This document shows, piece after piece, positions 37,791 to 47,230 of a stretch of 64,000 bases of DNA. Within the stretch, counting starts at the first letter, position 1. Every line of letters begins with the position of its first letter. The notes below the pieces were generated by a model. The model made no database searches. It saw only the letters and a list, made by a program, of their open reading frames with translations, and was not told the DNA's origin. Both the position numbers and the translations under genes were made by a program. Origin of the DNA: Myxococcales bacterium (GTDB taxonomy: Bacteria > Myxococcota_A > Polyangia > Polyangiales > DASUME01); NCBI GenBank assembly GCA_047601445.1, contig JASGJH010000001.1, positions 2,144,001 to 2,208,000 on the forward strand, in the 5' to 3' direction.

Positions 37791-39253
37791 CCCTCCATCG
37801 GCCCAAGCAGATGGCACTCGAGGCCTACGCCCAACGGCGCCTGTCGGGCGCGGGCAAGCTGCGCGTGGAGCGTCACCTGCGGGCCTGCCTGGCGTGCCAG
37901 CAGATGCTGGACACCATCTTCACGTACGAGGATCTGCGGGCCGAGGCGGTCCACGAGCCTGCCGTCGAGCTGTCCTGGGAGCGTCTCGAGCAGGCTCTGG
38001 ATCAAGCACCTTCCGAAGGCCGTACGCCCGCACGACCGGCGGCCCCTGCGGCCCCTAAGGTGAGCGGAAAGCTCATCGCCCTGGCCTGGCCGGTGCTCGC
38101 GCTCGCAGCCACCTTCGTGTTCGGCTACCTGGCGCTCTCCGAGCGGCATGCGCCCGAAGTCGCGCGACCGAGCGTGCCGCAAACTCTCCCGCAACCCGTG
38201 GCCGAGGCAGCCAGTCACGGCTGGATCACCTTGGTGGCCGCGGGCGCAGAGCTCGAAATCGCCGGCCAGCGCACCCCAGCACAACCTGGACAGCTGGTGC
38301 CCGAAGGGGCGCGCATCCTCACCCGGCAAGGCGCCGAGGTGCACGTCGCCCTGGCGGGCGGAAGCGGCATCATCGTGGAGGCCGAGAGCGAGATTGAGAT
38401 CGCGCGCCTCCGCGAACACAGCGTGCAGCTCAACGTACGGGCCGGCGCGGTGTTCCAGCAGGTGAGAAAGCTCGCCCCCGACGAGCGCTACGAGGTCGCT
38501 TTCGGGCCCTATGTCGCGCGCGTCCATGGCACGCGCTTCCAAGTCGCCCATGGCGCGCACTCGAGCGTGTCGGTCACGGAAGGGCGCGTCGGCGTCTACC
38601 AGGGCGATCAAATGATCGCCGACTTGAACGCGGGCCAGAACTGGAGCTCCGAGCCCTCGGAACCGCCCGCGCCCAACCGCGATCGCAAGGTGCATGCGGC
38701 TGAGCCCGGCTCCGAAACCTGGCCCACCCTTGCTCTACCGCCCGTGGCCAACGTCATCGCGTGGCGGGTCGACGACACCACGGTGAGCGCACTGGGCGGC
38801 CTCGCCATGCGCATGCCGGCAGGCGACGTGACCCTGAAGTACGAAGACGCCCGTGGACGAGAGCGCGCGCTCTCCCTGCAGGTGGCGCCGGAAGGCAGCG
38901 CGCTCGAGGAGCAGCACATCCGTGACCTGATCGCCGCCCAGAACGATCCGCGCGGACACCTCGATCCGGAGCAGATTGCGCCCGTGGTGCGGGCTGGCCT
39001 CGATTCCTTGCGCCGTTGCTATGAGCGCGGACTCAAGCGAGACCCGCGCCTGGTGGGCAAGCTCCTGCTGTCGATCCGCGTGGCGCCCGACGGTCACGTG
39101 GCCAGGGCGACGCTCGATTCCGGCGACGGCCCCGCCCTGCCGCTGGACGTCGAGAGCTGCATCCAGGGCGAAGCGCGCAGCTGGATGTTCCCGCGACCCA
39201 CGGGCGGCTTCGTGGTGTTCGAGGTGCCGCTCAACTTGAAGAGCTCGCACTGA
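37787..39253 (+). CDS. Anti-sigma factor: zf-HC2, TM, FecR-like domain and C-terminal AgmX/PglI (TonB-C-like) domain
   Basis: HLRACLAC; TM; FecR-like VARVHGTRFQV...VSVTEGRVGV; C-terminal LRRCYERGLKRDPRLVGKL...VESCI...FPRP. Confidence 0.85.
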   Translation: MTLHRPKQMALEAYAQRRLSGAGKLRVERHLRACLACQQMLDTIFTYEDLRAEAVHEPAVELSWERLEQALDQAPSEGRTPARPAAPAAPKVSGKLIALAWPVLALAATFVFGYLALSERHAPEVARPSVPQTLPQPVAEAASHGWITLVAAGAELEIAGQRTPAQPGQLVPEGARILTRQGAEVHVALAGGSGIIVEAESEIEIARLREHSVQLNVRAGAVFQQVRKLAPDERYEVAFGPYVARVHGTRFQVAHGAHSSVSVTEGRVGVYQGDQMIADLNAGQNWSSEPSEPPAPNRDRKVHAAEPGSETWPTLALPPVANVIAWRVDDTTVSALGGLAMRMPAGDVTLKYEDARGRERALSLQVAPEGSALEEQHIRDLIAAQNDPRGHLDPEQIAPVVRAGLDSLRRCYERGLKRDPRLVGKLLLSIRVAPDGHVARATLDSGDGPALPLDVESCIQGEARSWMFPRPTGGFVVFEVPLNLKSSH

Positions 39254-39317
39254 ACGCGATTGCGGTGTTGCGCCGGGTTTTTGCGATCGCGAATCGCGAA
39301 CTCCTACAATCGCCTAC

Positions 39318-40445
39318 ATGGTTGTCGTGTCGTTGAATCCTCCGCGGGCCAGGGCCGCCGTGTCGTCCCTGGCGACCCGCCTCTTGTTGTGTGCCGCGGC
39401 TCTGGGCGGCGGAGCGGCCACCGCCCGCTATACCGATATCGCCCGCTGCAACGCGCACGGCTTGGGTCCACGCCCTGGCGCGCAGTCCCAGGAGAGCCGA
39501 CCGCGCCAGGAGGCGCAAGGCTCGGCGCGTGCCCTGACGGCCAGCACATCCGGCGCCGCGCCGGTGCTCTTGAGTGCAGTCATGGCGGAAGCCCCGGCGA
39601 GTGACGCCGAAGACGACCCTGCCCCTCACGACGCACTGGGAGCATCCCTGGCCCGCGGCGCGATCATGACCGGGTCCACGCCGCAGCGGCTCATCTTGTT
39701 TACCTTCGACGACGGGCCAGATCGTGCGACGACGCCGCTCCTGCTCGATCGCCTCGATGCAGCCGGCGTGCGCGCCGTGTTCTTCCTGACCGGCGCGAAC
39801 CTGGTAGGTGAAAACGCCGCCCAGCGCCGCAACCAGCAGATCGCGCGTGAGACCGTGGCGCGCGGGCACTTCGTGGCCTCCCACGGCATGAACCACCGGC
39901 AGCTCCCGCTGTTGAGCGACCTCGAGGTGAGCTCCGAGGTCGTGCAGACCGAGCAGATCTTCGAGCGCGTGCTGGGCGCGCGTCCGTGGCTGATCCGCCC
40001 GCCCGGAGGTGCGCATTCGCCGCGTGTGGACAAGCTGCTGGCGGCGCGCGGCTATACGACCATGTTGTGGAACCTCGGCGCCGGGGACTTCCAGGTGCGC
40101 ACCGCCAAGGAAGTCCACGAGACGTGGCGCAAGGTCTTCGAGCGCCGTGAAGCCGAGGGTGAACGCGGCGGCATCGTGTTGCTCCACGACACCTATGCCT
40201 GGAGCGTGGACGCCTTTCAGCTGATCATGCGAGACCTGCTGGATCGGAACTGCGCGCTGCTCGAAAGTGACCAGGAGCTCTACGACTTCGTCGACGATCC
40301 CAGCATCTTTTTCGCGCCGCGCGACGACCAGGACGTGAGCGCCGTGGCCAAGCCGGCCATGCTCGACCCCACGCGCCACGAGCTGCGCCAGGCCGCGCTG
40401 CGCGAAGAGACCCGCCAGCGCTGCAGCACCTTGGCCGCTTACTAA
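39318..40445 (+). CDS. Polysaccharide deacetylase (CE4/NodB)
   Basis: TFDDGP, SHGMNH, IRPPGG, LLHD motifs; N-terminal signal-like segment. Confidence 0.9.
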   Translation: MVVVSLNPPRARAAVSSLATRLLLCAAALGGGAATARYTDIARCNAHGLGPRPGAQSQESRPRQEAQGSARALTASTSGAAPVLLSAVMAEAPASDAEDDPAPHDALGASLARGAIMTGSTPQRLILFTFDDGPDRATTPLLLDRLDAAGVRAVFFLTGANLVGENAAQRRNQQIARETVARGHFVASHGMNHRQLPLLSDLEVSSEVVQTEQIFERVLGARPWLIRPPGGAHSPRVDKLLAARGYTTMLWNLGAGDFQVRTAKEVHETWRKVFERREAEGERGGIVLLHDTYAWSVDAFQLIMRDLLDRNCALLESDQELYDFVDDPSIFFAPRDDQDVSAVAKPAMLDPTRHELRQAALREETRQRCSTLAAY

Positions 40446-41818
40446 CGCGCGAACACGCGAGCCTTGAGTCCACCCTTCGGCCGAATCGTGACGCTGGGTA
40501 GGAGCCGCGGCACGGCCTGACTCTCCAGCTCGAAGCGGAAGCGCGACAGCAACATCACCAGCACAATCTTGGCCTCCACCAGCGAGAAGTGCGCGCCTGG
40601 ACAGATGCGCGGGCCGCCGCCGAATGGGAAGTAGGCGAAGCGAGGCAGGTCGCGCGTCTCCTCGCCGAGCCAGCGCTCGGGACGAAAGGCGCTGGGGTCG
40701 CGGAAGAAACGCGGGTCGCGCTGGGTCACCCACTGGAAGGCCCAGACCTGGTCGCCCTTCTTGATGCGATAACCACCGAGCTCGGTGTCGACGAGCGCCT
40801 CGCGCCCAATCGAATAGGCTGGCGGATACAAGCGCAGCGACTCGCGCAGGACGATGTCCATGTACGTGAGCTGGGTTAGTTGCGCCGCGCTCGGGCGACC
40901 GCCGGGCGCGTGTTGATGGAGCTCCTCGACCAAGCGGGCTTCTACCTCGGGGTGCTGGCCAACCAGCATGAGGCAGAACGTCAGCAACAACGCCGTGGTC
41001 TCGTGGCCAGCGAGCAACATCGTGATCGACTCGTTGCGCAGCAAGCTATCCGACATGGGACGGCCCGCCTCGTCGCGTGCGGCGATCAGCCTGGAGAGCA
41101 GGTCGTTGCCCGGTTGAGCCGCCCGACGACGCTCGTCGATGATCGACTGGACGATTTGATTGAGCCGCGCCACGTCCTGGCGATTGCGCAGGTTGCCCGG
41201 CGTGGGAACCCAGTCGGGCCAGCGCAGGCCCGTGCTCATGAAACCGAGGTAGTGCACCAGGAAGCGTTCCACGAGCCCACCGATCTCGCCGGCCACCTCC
41301 GAGGTCTCCGCCCCGAATAGCGTGCGCCCCGCGATGTCCAGCGTGAGCCGCATCATCTCGGCGTGGAGATCCACGCTGCTGCCTTGGAGCGACTGGAAAC
41401 GCCCGAGCGCGGGCTCGGTGCACCCCGCCATGCTTTCCACGAAGGAGTCCACCCTGCGAGGCGTGAACTCGGGCTGCACGATGCGCCGCTGTGCACGCCA
41501 CGAGGCCCCCTCGTTGACGAGCAAGCCCTGGCCCAACAAGCCTTCGAGGATGCGCGTCGTGAAGTCCTTGCGATAGAGCTCGTGGTCGCGCACCAGGAAC
41601 CGCTCGAGATCGTCGGGGTGAAGAATCAGGTACACGTCGTAGGGCGGAAGCCGCAGCTTCACGACGTCGCCGAGCTCACGAAAGCGCTCCGCCGCGGACA
41701 ACACGTCGCGCAACACCGGGAAGTGACCCACCAGCGGATAGCCGGGTGGCGCAGGCGGAACACGCGAGGTCTCAGCGCTCGCCTCGCGGCCGGGATGGGG
41801 AACGGTGGGCTGCGGCAT
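40442..41818 (-). CDS. Cytochrome P450
   Basis: AGHETT, ESLR (ExxR), FRPERW, FPFGGGPRICPG heme-Cys motif. Confidence 0.95.
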   Translation of the reverse strand: MPQPTVPHPGREASAETSRVPPAPPGYPLVGHFPVLRDVLSAAERFRELGDVVKLRLPPYDVYLILHPDDLERFLVRDHELYRKDFTTRILEGLLGQGLLVNEGASWRAQRRIVQPEFTPRRVDSFVESMAGCTEPALGRFQSLQGSSVDLHAEMMRLTLDIAGRTLFGAETSEVAGEIGGLVERFLVHYLGFMSTGLRWPDWVPTPGNLRNRQDVARLNQIVQSIIDERRRAAQPGNDLLSRLIAARDEAGRPMSDSLLRNESITMLLAGHETTALLLTFCLMLVGQHPEVEARLVEELHQHAPGGRPSAAQLTQLTYMDIVLRESLRLYPPAYSIGREALVDTELGGYRIKKGDQVWAFQWVTQRDPRFFRDPSAFRPERWLGEETRDLPRFAYFPFGGGPRICPGAHFSLVEAKIVLVMLLSRFRFELESQAVPRLLPSVTIRPKGGLKARVFAR

Positions 41819-41923
41819 TGGGGAGTCTTATAGCGTGACCCTTCGACGGCGCTGCCGTGCTCGGCTGTAGGCCCTGTTCCCACCGCCTACCGGACACGCT
41901 CCAACTTCGCTAGCGTTGCGGTC

Positions 41924-44074
41924 ATGGCATGGGTGGGGTTGGGAAAAGGTCCGCGACTGTTGGCGGTCGTGGGTGTGCTGGCTGTTGGTGCCTGCACAGA
42001 GGATGGGCCTGCCAAGGGCGGTGCACTCGTCGAGGTCACGGGGCGTGTCTTCAGCCTCGACAAGGAGAGTCCGCTGACGGGCGCACAGATCTCCGGGCCG
42101 GGCCATAGCAAGGCCAAGACCACTCAAGATGGCAGCTTCGCGATTGTCCTCGACAGCAGCAAGCCGGGTTCGCTGACGGCGGTCTCCGAGAAGACGGCGC
42201 CCGTGAGCAAGCCTGCGCCCAGCACCCAGGCCCACGTAGAGCTGCATGCCAAGGAGTTCGATGCGCAGCAGGAGATCGACGTCGTGGCCGGCGGAGAGCT
42301 CAAGACCAAGGACGGCGCAGGGCTCAGCTTGGGCAAGGGGCAGCTCGAGTCGAAGGCCAGCAGCGCCAAGGACAAGGCGCAGATCAGCGTCGCCGTGCCG
42401 GACACCAAGCAGGCCTCGGGTCTTGGCTCACTACCCGGCAATTTCGACGCCAAGAAGGGCGGCAAGGCCGGCAAGATCGCGACGGAGTCGGCCGTCTATG
42501 TGTCGGTGAAGCAGGGCGCCGATGAGCTCTCCTTGAAGGGGGGCGCCAAAGCCAAACTGAGCCTCAAGGGCGCGGTCATGCAGCAAAAGGCCAGCGACCT
42601 CACGCTCTATCGCTTCGATGAGGCGAGCGGGACCTGGCTCGACGTGGGTCAGGTGCAGAGCGGAACCGACGCGGGCGGACTCGCCACCTATAGCGGTGAT
42701 GTCGACGGCTTCGGATGGTTCGCGGTGGGCGAGTTTTACGATGCCCTTTCGTGCATCCACGGCTGCATTGCGGGCGAGGCGGCGGGCACGCGGGTCATCG
42801 CCACCGGCGTGGACCATCCCAGTCAGAGCGCGACCTTCACCGACGCCGACGGCTGTTTCACGTTGCAGGTCAAGGCGGCCGCCAAGTTCAGCGTGAGCGC
42901 GCAAGCCAAGGGTCGCGCATCCGCGGGCAGCTTCGTGATGACAGGCAGCGGCCCAGCCTGCAGCAGCCTCGACAGCCTGGTATTGGCGGCGGCAGACCCG
43001 AGCTGCGCGCTCGGGCTGAATCTGTGCGCGGCGGGTTGCAGCGACCTGGACTCCGATCCGCGAAACTGCGGGGCCTGCGGCACGCCGTGTGCGAGCGACG
43101 AGGCGTGCCTGGTAGGCCATTGCGTGGGACCGGGAGAAGTCATCGGCAGCGATGGCGGCGTCACGGATGGCGGCGTGGGGGTCGACCCACTCGATGGTGG
43201 AACACCGAATGACGGTGGCACGACGTCCCCGGATGCGGCGAGCGCCTGCGGCGCCTGCGGGAGTGCCAATACGGTCGTCGGACCGTTCACCCTGGCCGGC
43301 TGCTGCAGCTTCAAGGGCGAGTGCGGGTACGTCTCCGATCCTCTCTTGATCGAGCTCGGGTTCAGCTACGACTGCATCGAGCGCGACCAGCTCGGGGCCA
43401 GCACGAGCGCGTGCCCGGCCTTCGCTCACGAGGGCGCCAACGGCCAGCTCGATATGCCCGGCTGCTGCCGCGACGACAATACCTGCGGCTACGACACGAG
43501 CGCAGCCGACTACACCTCGTTCCAACCCGCACCGGATGGCGGCGCGGGCCCCAATAATCTCCCCACGCCGCTCGGCCTGGGCTGCGTGCGCGCCGATCAA
43601 GTGGTCCCCGGCGCAGTGGGTCGTTCGTGTGCGGGCAGCGCCGGCGACGCCGACGGAGACGGCATCCCCAACAACCTCGACTCGTGTCCGTTCACGGCCG
43701 ACGGCGGGTCGGATGTCGACGGAGATGGCGTGGCAGACGCCTGTGACAACTGTCCGAGCGATTTCAACCTCGACCAGAGCGACAAGGATCAGGACAAGAC
43801 CGGCGACGTCTGTGATGCGGACATCGACGGGGATGGCGTGCTCAACGCGTCCGACAATTGCCCGGATGCCCCCAATGTCAACCAGAGCAACATGGACAAC
43901 GACGCGTTCGGAGACATGTGCGATGTCTGTCCCTACGATCCACTGGCGTCCCAGACGGACACCGACCGCGACGGTGCCGGCGACGACTGCGACAACTGCC
44001 CGTACGAGCCCAACCCGGACCAGCTCGACGTAGACCCAGCAAACGGCCACGGCGACGTCTGCGAGATCTTCTGA
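41924..44074 (+). CDS. Lipoprotein with beta-sandwich domains, Cys-rich modules and thrombospondin type 3 (Ca-binding) repeats
   Basis: Lipobox AVGAC; CSDLDSDPRNCGACGTPC; DGDGIPNNLDSCP, DGDGVADACDNCP, DQDKTGDVCD repeats. Confidence 0.88.
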   Translation: MAWVGLGKGPRLLAVVGVLAVGACTEDGPAKGGALVEVTGRVFSLDKESPLTGAQISGPGHSKAKTTQDGSFAIVLDSSKPGSLTAVSEKTAPVSKPAPSTQAHVELHAKEFDAQQEIDVVAGGELKTKDGAGLSLGKGQLESKASSAKDKAQISVAVPDTKQASGLGSLPGNFDAKKGGKAGKIATESAVYVSVKQGADELSLKGGAKAKLSLKGAVMQQKASDLTLYRFDEASGTWLDVGQVQSGTDAGGLATYSGDVDGFGWFAVGEFYDALSCIHGCIAGEAAGTRVIATGVDHPSQSATFTDADGCFTLQVKAAAKFSVSAQAKGRASAGSFVMTGSGPACSSLDSLVLAAADPSCALGLNLCAAGCSDLDSDPRNCGACGTPCASDEACLVGHCVGPGEVIGSDGGVTDGGVGVDPLDGGTPNDGGTTSPDAASACGACGSANTVVGPFTLAGCCSFKGECGYVSDPLLIELGFSYDCIERDQLGASTSACPAFAHEGANGQLDMPGCCRDDNTCGYDTSAADYTSFQPAPDGGAGPNNLPTPLGLGCVRADQVVPGAVGRSCAGSAGDADGDGIPNNLDSCPFTADGGSDVDGDGVADACDNCPSDFNLDQSDKDQDKTGDVCDADIDGDGVLNASDNCPDAPNVNQSNMDNDAFGDMCDVCPYDPLASQTDTDRDGAGDDCDNCPYEPNPDQLDVDPANGHGDVCEIF

Positions 44075-44110
44075 CGTTCACGACGCCCCGAAGGCCGTAG
44101 AGTGGGCCCG

Positions 44111-45880
44111 GTGCCCACCCCTTCCCGAGCGCTGCGCTTCGCGTTGCTGGCCTTGCTGGCCGTCAGTGCGCTGGGCCTGCTCGAGCGCGCCGTATTGGTC
44201 GACCTGGGCAGCAAGCGAGACCTCCACCGAGTGTCCTACGTGGGCTCGGCGAACTGTCTGCGCTGTCACGCGGACCATGACCGCAGCTGGCGGGCCACCT
44301 TCCATCGCACGATGACCCAGGCCGCGAGCATCACCAGCGTGGCCGGCGAGTTCGCCGGACAGACACTCGATTACTTCGGCGTGAAAGCGCAGCTGGAGCG
44401 CGGCGCGGGCGGCGAGTTCGTGATGCGCTACGGCGGCGCGGGCTTTCCCGAGCGACGTTTCGTGATCGAGAAGACCGTGGGCTCGCGGCGCTATCAGCAA
44501 TACGTGGCGAGCTTGGATGGGGAGTTCGTGCGGCTGCCGGTGGCCTTCGACCTGACGACACGCCGCTGGTTCCACATGAACGGAGCCTTCTTGACGCCCG
44601 ACCCCGAACCGAGCCCAGCGCTTTCGCAACGCGACTACGAGCGTCACCTAACGCGCTGGAACGACAACTGCATCTTCTGCCACAACGTCGCGCCGAACCC
44701 GGGCCGCCGCTCATCGGGCTTCCAGAGCGAAGTGGCCGAGCTGGGCATCGCCTGCGAGGCCTGCCACGGTCCCGGCGGCGAACACGCGGAGCGCAACCAG
44801 AACCCGCTGCGTCGCTTCACGCTGCACCTCGGGGGCGCGGGAGACCCCACCATCGTGAACCCAGGGCGCCTCGACCACGAGCGCGCAGCCGATCTATGCG
44901 GGCGCTGTCATGGGCAACGCATCACCGACGACGTGGGCGCGTTCTTGAGTCACGGGGATCCTTTCGTGCCGGGCGAAGACCTGGCGCTGTACAGTGCACC
45001 GCTCTGGCGAGACACCACCCTGCAAGGACATTCCTCGGTGTTCGAAGCGCGCTTTTGGGAAGACGGAACGCCGCGCCTCACGGCGTACGAATATCAGGGA
45101 CTGCTGCAGTCGCCCTGCTACCAGCGCGGCGAGCTCTCGTGTACGAGTTGTCACGGGATGCACGATGGCGACCCGCGCGGACAATTGCGGAGCGGCCTCG
45201 ACCGCACACGCGTGTGCACCGAGTGTCACCGCGAACTGCGAGAGCAGCCCAGTCAGTCTGCCCACGCGCGCCACCCCGGGACGCCGCCGGATTGCGTGAG
45301 CTGCCACATGCCGTCGATCGTGTACGGGGTCCTTGCGACTCACCCGAGCCACCGCATCGAGACACCCGAGCCGGCGCGCGCCTACCGCACGGGTCGGCCC
45401 GACGCCTGCACGCTGTGCCACACGGACCGCACACGCGCCTGGGCCGCGCGTGAACGCCGGCGCTTGTTCGGCGGCGAGCTTCCAATCGAGCCCGAAGCGA
45501 CAGCCTGGTCGGAGATGGAGACACAGTTGCTCGCCGGGGATCCCATCGAGCGCGCCATCGCCGCGCAGGCCCTGGCAACCCCACTCGGCGGCCCTCAGAC
45601 GCCTCACGCCGGCCGCGCCCGAGCGCTCCTCCTCGAGGCCATCGAACACGACCCCTACCCCGTCGTGCGCCGCTTCGCGGCCCGTGCGCTCGCCGCCCTC
45701 GAACCGACGCTGCGAGCACGCTTGGCGCAATTCGTCCCCGAAACGCCCACGGACCAACGTAGCCGCACCGTGAACGAGCTCAAGCAGTCGCTGGCCGGCC
45801 GCGTGCATGCGCTGCCCGCGGAGGTCCTCTCCTCGCTGCGGGAGCGCGCCTCCGCCAGCGCCATCGAGATCGGAGAATGA
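44111..45880 (+). CDS. Octaheme c-type cytochrome with C-terminal HEAT-like region
   Basis: Eight CxxCH motifs: CLRCH, CIFCH, CEACH, CGRCH, CTSCH, CTECH, CVSCH, CTLCH; N-terminal anchor; DPYPVVRRFAARAL. Confidence 0.92.
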   Translation: MPTPSRALRFALLALLAVSALGLLERAVLVDLGSKRDLHRVSYVGSANCLRCHADHDRSWRATFHRTMTQAASITSVAGEFAGQTLDYFGVKAQLERGAGGEFVMRYGGAGFPERRFVIEKTVGSRRYQQYVASLDGEFVRLPVAFDLTTRRWFHMNGAFLTPDPEPSPALSQRDYERHLTRWNDNCIFCHNVAPNPGRRSSGFQSEVAELGIACEACHGPGGEHAERNQNPLRRFTLHLGGAGDPTIVNPGRLDHERAADLCGRCHGQRITDDVGAFLSHGDPFVPGEDLALYSAPLWRDTTLQGHSSVFEARFWEDGTPRLTAYEYQGLLQSPCYQRGELSCTSCHGMHDGDPRGQLRSGLDRTRVCTECHRELREQPSQSAHARHPGTPPDCVSCHMPSIVYGVLATHPSHRIETPEPARAYRTGRPDACTLCHTDRTRAWAARERRRLFGGELPIEPEATAWSEMETQLLAGDPIERAIAAQALATPLGGPQTPHAGRARALLLEAIEHDPYPVVRRFAARALAALEPTLRARLAQFVPETPTDQRSRTVNELKQSLAGRVHALPAEVLSSLRERASASAIEIGE

Positions 45881-46299
45881 GTCCCGTGCCCCAGCTCGAA
45901 CGCGAACGCACGCGCACCCGCCGTTTTGGCTTCTGCTCGCTCTTCGCATGGGCCCTGCTCGGGTTCTGCCTGGAGGCTGCCCATGCTTTCAAGCTGAGCT
46001 CTTACCTCGATCACCCGGCGCGCCGTGAGCTGCTCGTCTGGGGACACGCCCACGGCGTGGGTCTCGCCCTCGTGCTGCTGGCGTACGCCGCCCAGGGCGT
46101 GGTCGACCAGCGCTCCGCCTCGGCCGGCCCACGACTGCGCTTCGCCGCGGCGCTCATGCCGCTCGCGTTCGTGCTCTCGGTACTGGGCCAGAGCGAGAGC
46201 GATCCGGGCCCAGCCATCTGGCTGGTCCCAGCGGCCGCCGCGGTGCTGCTGTGGGGGTTGTTCGACGTGGCGCTCGCGAGCCTGCGCGCGCGAGACTAG
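45877..46299 (+). CDS. Small 4-TM membrane protein with HAHG motif
   Basis: LEAAHAFK, WGHAHGVGLALV; ATGA overlap with the cytochrome gene. Confidence 0.75.
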   Translation: MSPVPQLERERTRTRRFGFCSLFAWALLGFCLEAAHAFKLSSYLDHPARRELLVWGHAHGVGLALVLLAYAAQGVVDQRSASAGPRLRFAAALMPLAFVLSVLGQSESDPGPAIWLVPAAAAVLLWGLFDVALASLRARD

Positions 46300-46925
46300 C
46301 CCTGGCCCGCGCGCTTGATGGCAAGGGTGCGGTGCACGGGCAATCCGTCCTCGGCCGCGCGTGCCTCGCGGTTGCTGCGCGCACCGTAGGGATTTTCGAC
46401 GATGTAGCCACCCTGCCCGGCCAGCTCGAAGCCTCCGTGGTCGCGCAAGGCGGCCAGGTGACGCTCGGCTCGGTCGTGGACGTCGGTCTGTACGAAGAAC
46501 TCGCCGCCGGGCATGAGCACCCGGGCGATCTGATCGAGCAGCGTGTCCCCCGTGAGGCGCCGCTTCTCGTGCTTTCGCTTCCACCAAGGGTCAGGGAAAT
46601 GCATGAACACGCGGGCCACGCTGGCGCCCGGGACGCGGGCCAGCACCTCGCGCGCGTCGGCCCCCCAAACGGTCACATTGCCCAGCCCACGCCGCCTGCA
46701 GCGCTCGGCGACGAGGTAGGACCATTTCTTCTTGATCTCCATGCCGAGCAGCCGGGCCTGGGGTCGCAGCGCCGCACGTTCGTACAGGAAAAGGCCGTGA
46801 CCAAAGCCGATTTCGAGCTCGATTTCGCCACTACCAGGCAACAGAGTGACCAGGTCGAGGGGGCCCTCGGGGGGGCGCGGAGCCAGGATGCGGTAGCGGT
46901 GGGGGTCGGGCGCTTCGAGTTCCAT
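46296..46925 (-). CDS. trmB: tRNA (guanine-N7)-methyltransferase
   Basis: ELEIGFGHG, FPDPWWKRKHEKRRL, QTD motifs. Confidence 0.93.
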   Translation of the reverse strand: MELEAPDPHRYRILAPRPPEGPLDLVTLLPGSGEIELEIGFGHGLFLYERAALRPQARLLGMEIKKKWSYLVAERCRRRGLGNVTVWGADAREVLARVPGASVARVFMHFPDPWWKRKHEKRRLTGDTLLDQIARVLMPGGEFFVQTDVHDRAERHLAALRDHGGFELAGQGGYIVENPYGARSNREARAAEDGLPVHRTLAIKRAGQG

Positions 46926-47230
46926 GGGGGACGACCGGGCGCCTCTTAACCTCTCGCGCGCCTCGGGTCGACCCCCCAAGTATGGGCGCTCGAAAGGTCC
47001 CTTGCATGGGCCGCGGGGCCCCCCGCCCGGCCCGACGAAAGCCGTCGCGATTCCGTCGGTTTTGTTGACGGTTCCGGGGCCGATCACGTATTCGAACAGC
47101 AGCCTCTTCGGAGCTGGTGTTGCGCGCAGGGAGCGCGTTACCATACCCCGTGGGGCGCGGTGAGAAACCGCCGCGTGGCGCTGCGAGCGCCCGAGCCGTG
47201 CCCCCAATCACCCGGGCGGAGGAGAGTCGA

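Noticed and set aside
39318..41818. P450 and deacetylase as part of a secondary-metabolite cluster
   Set aside because: The genes are convergent, and there is no PKS, NRPS, terpene or RiPP core gene in the window.
43640..44070. Repetitive GAC-rich DNA
   Set aside because: Explained by coding thrombospondin type 3 repeats.
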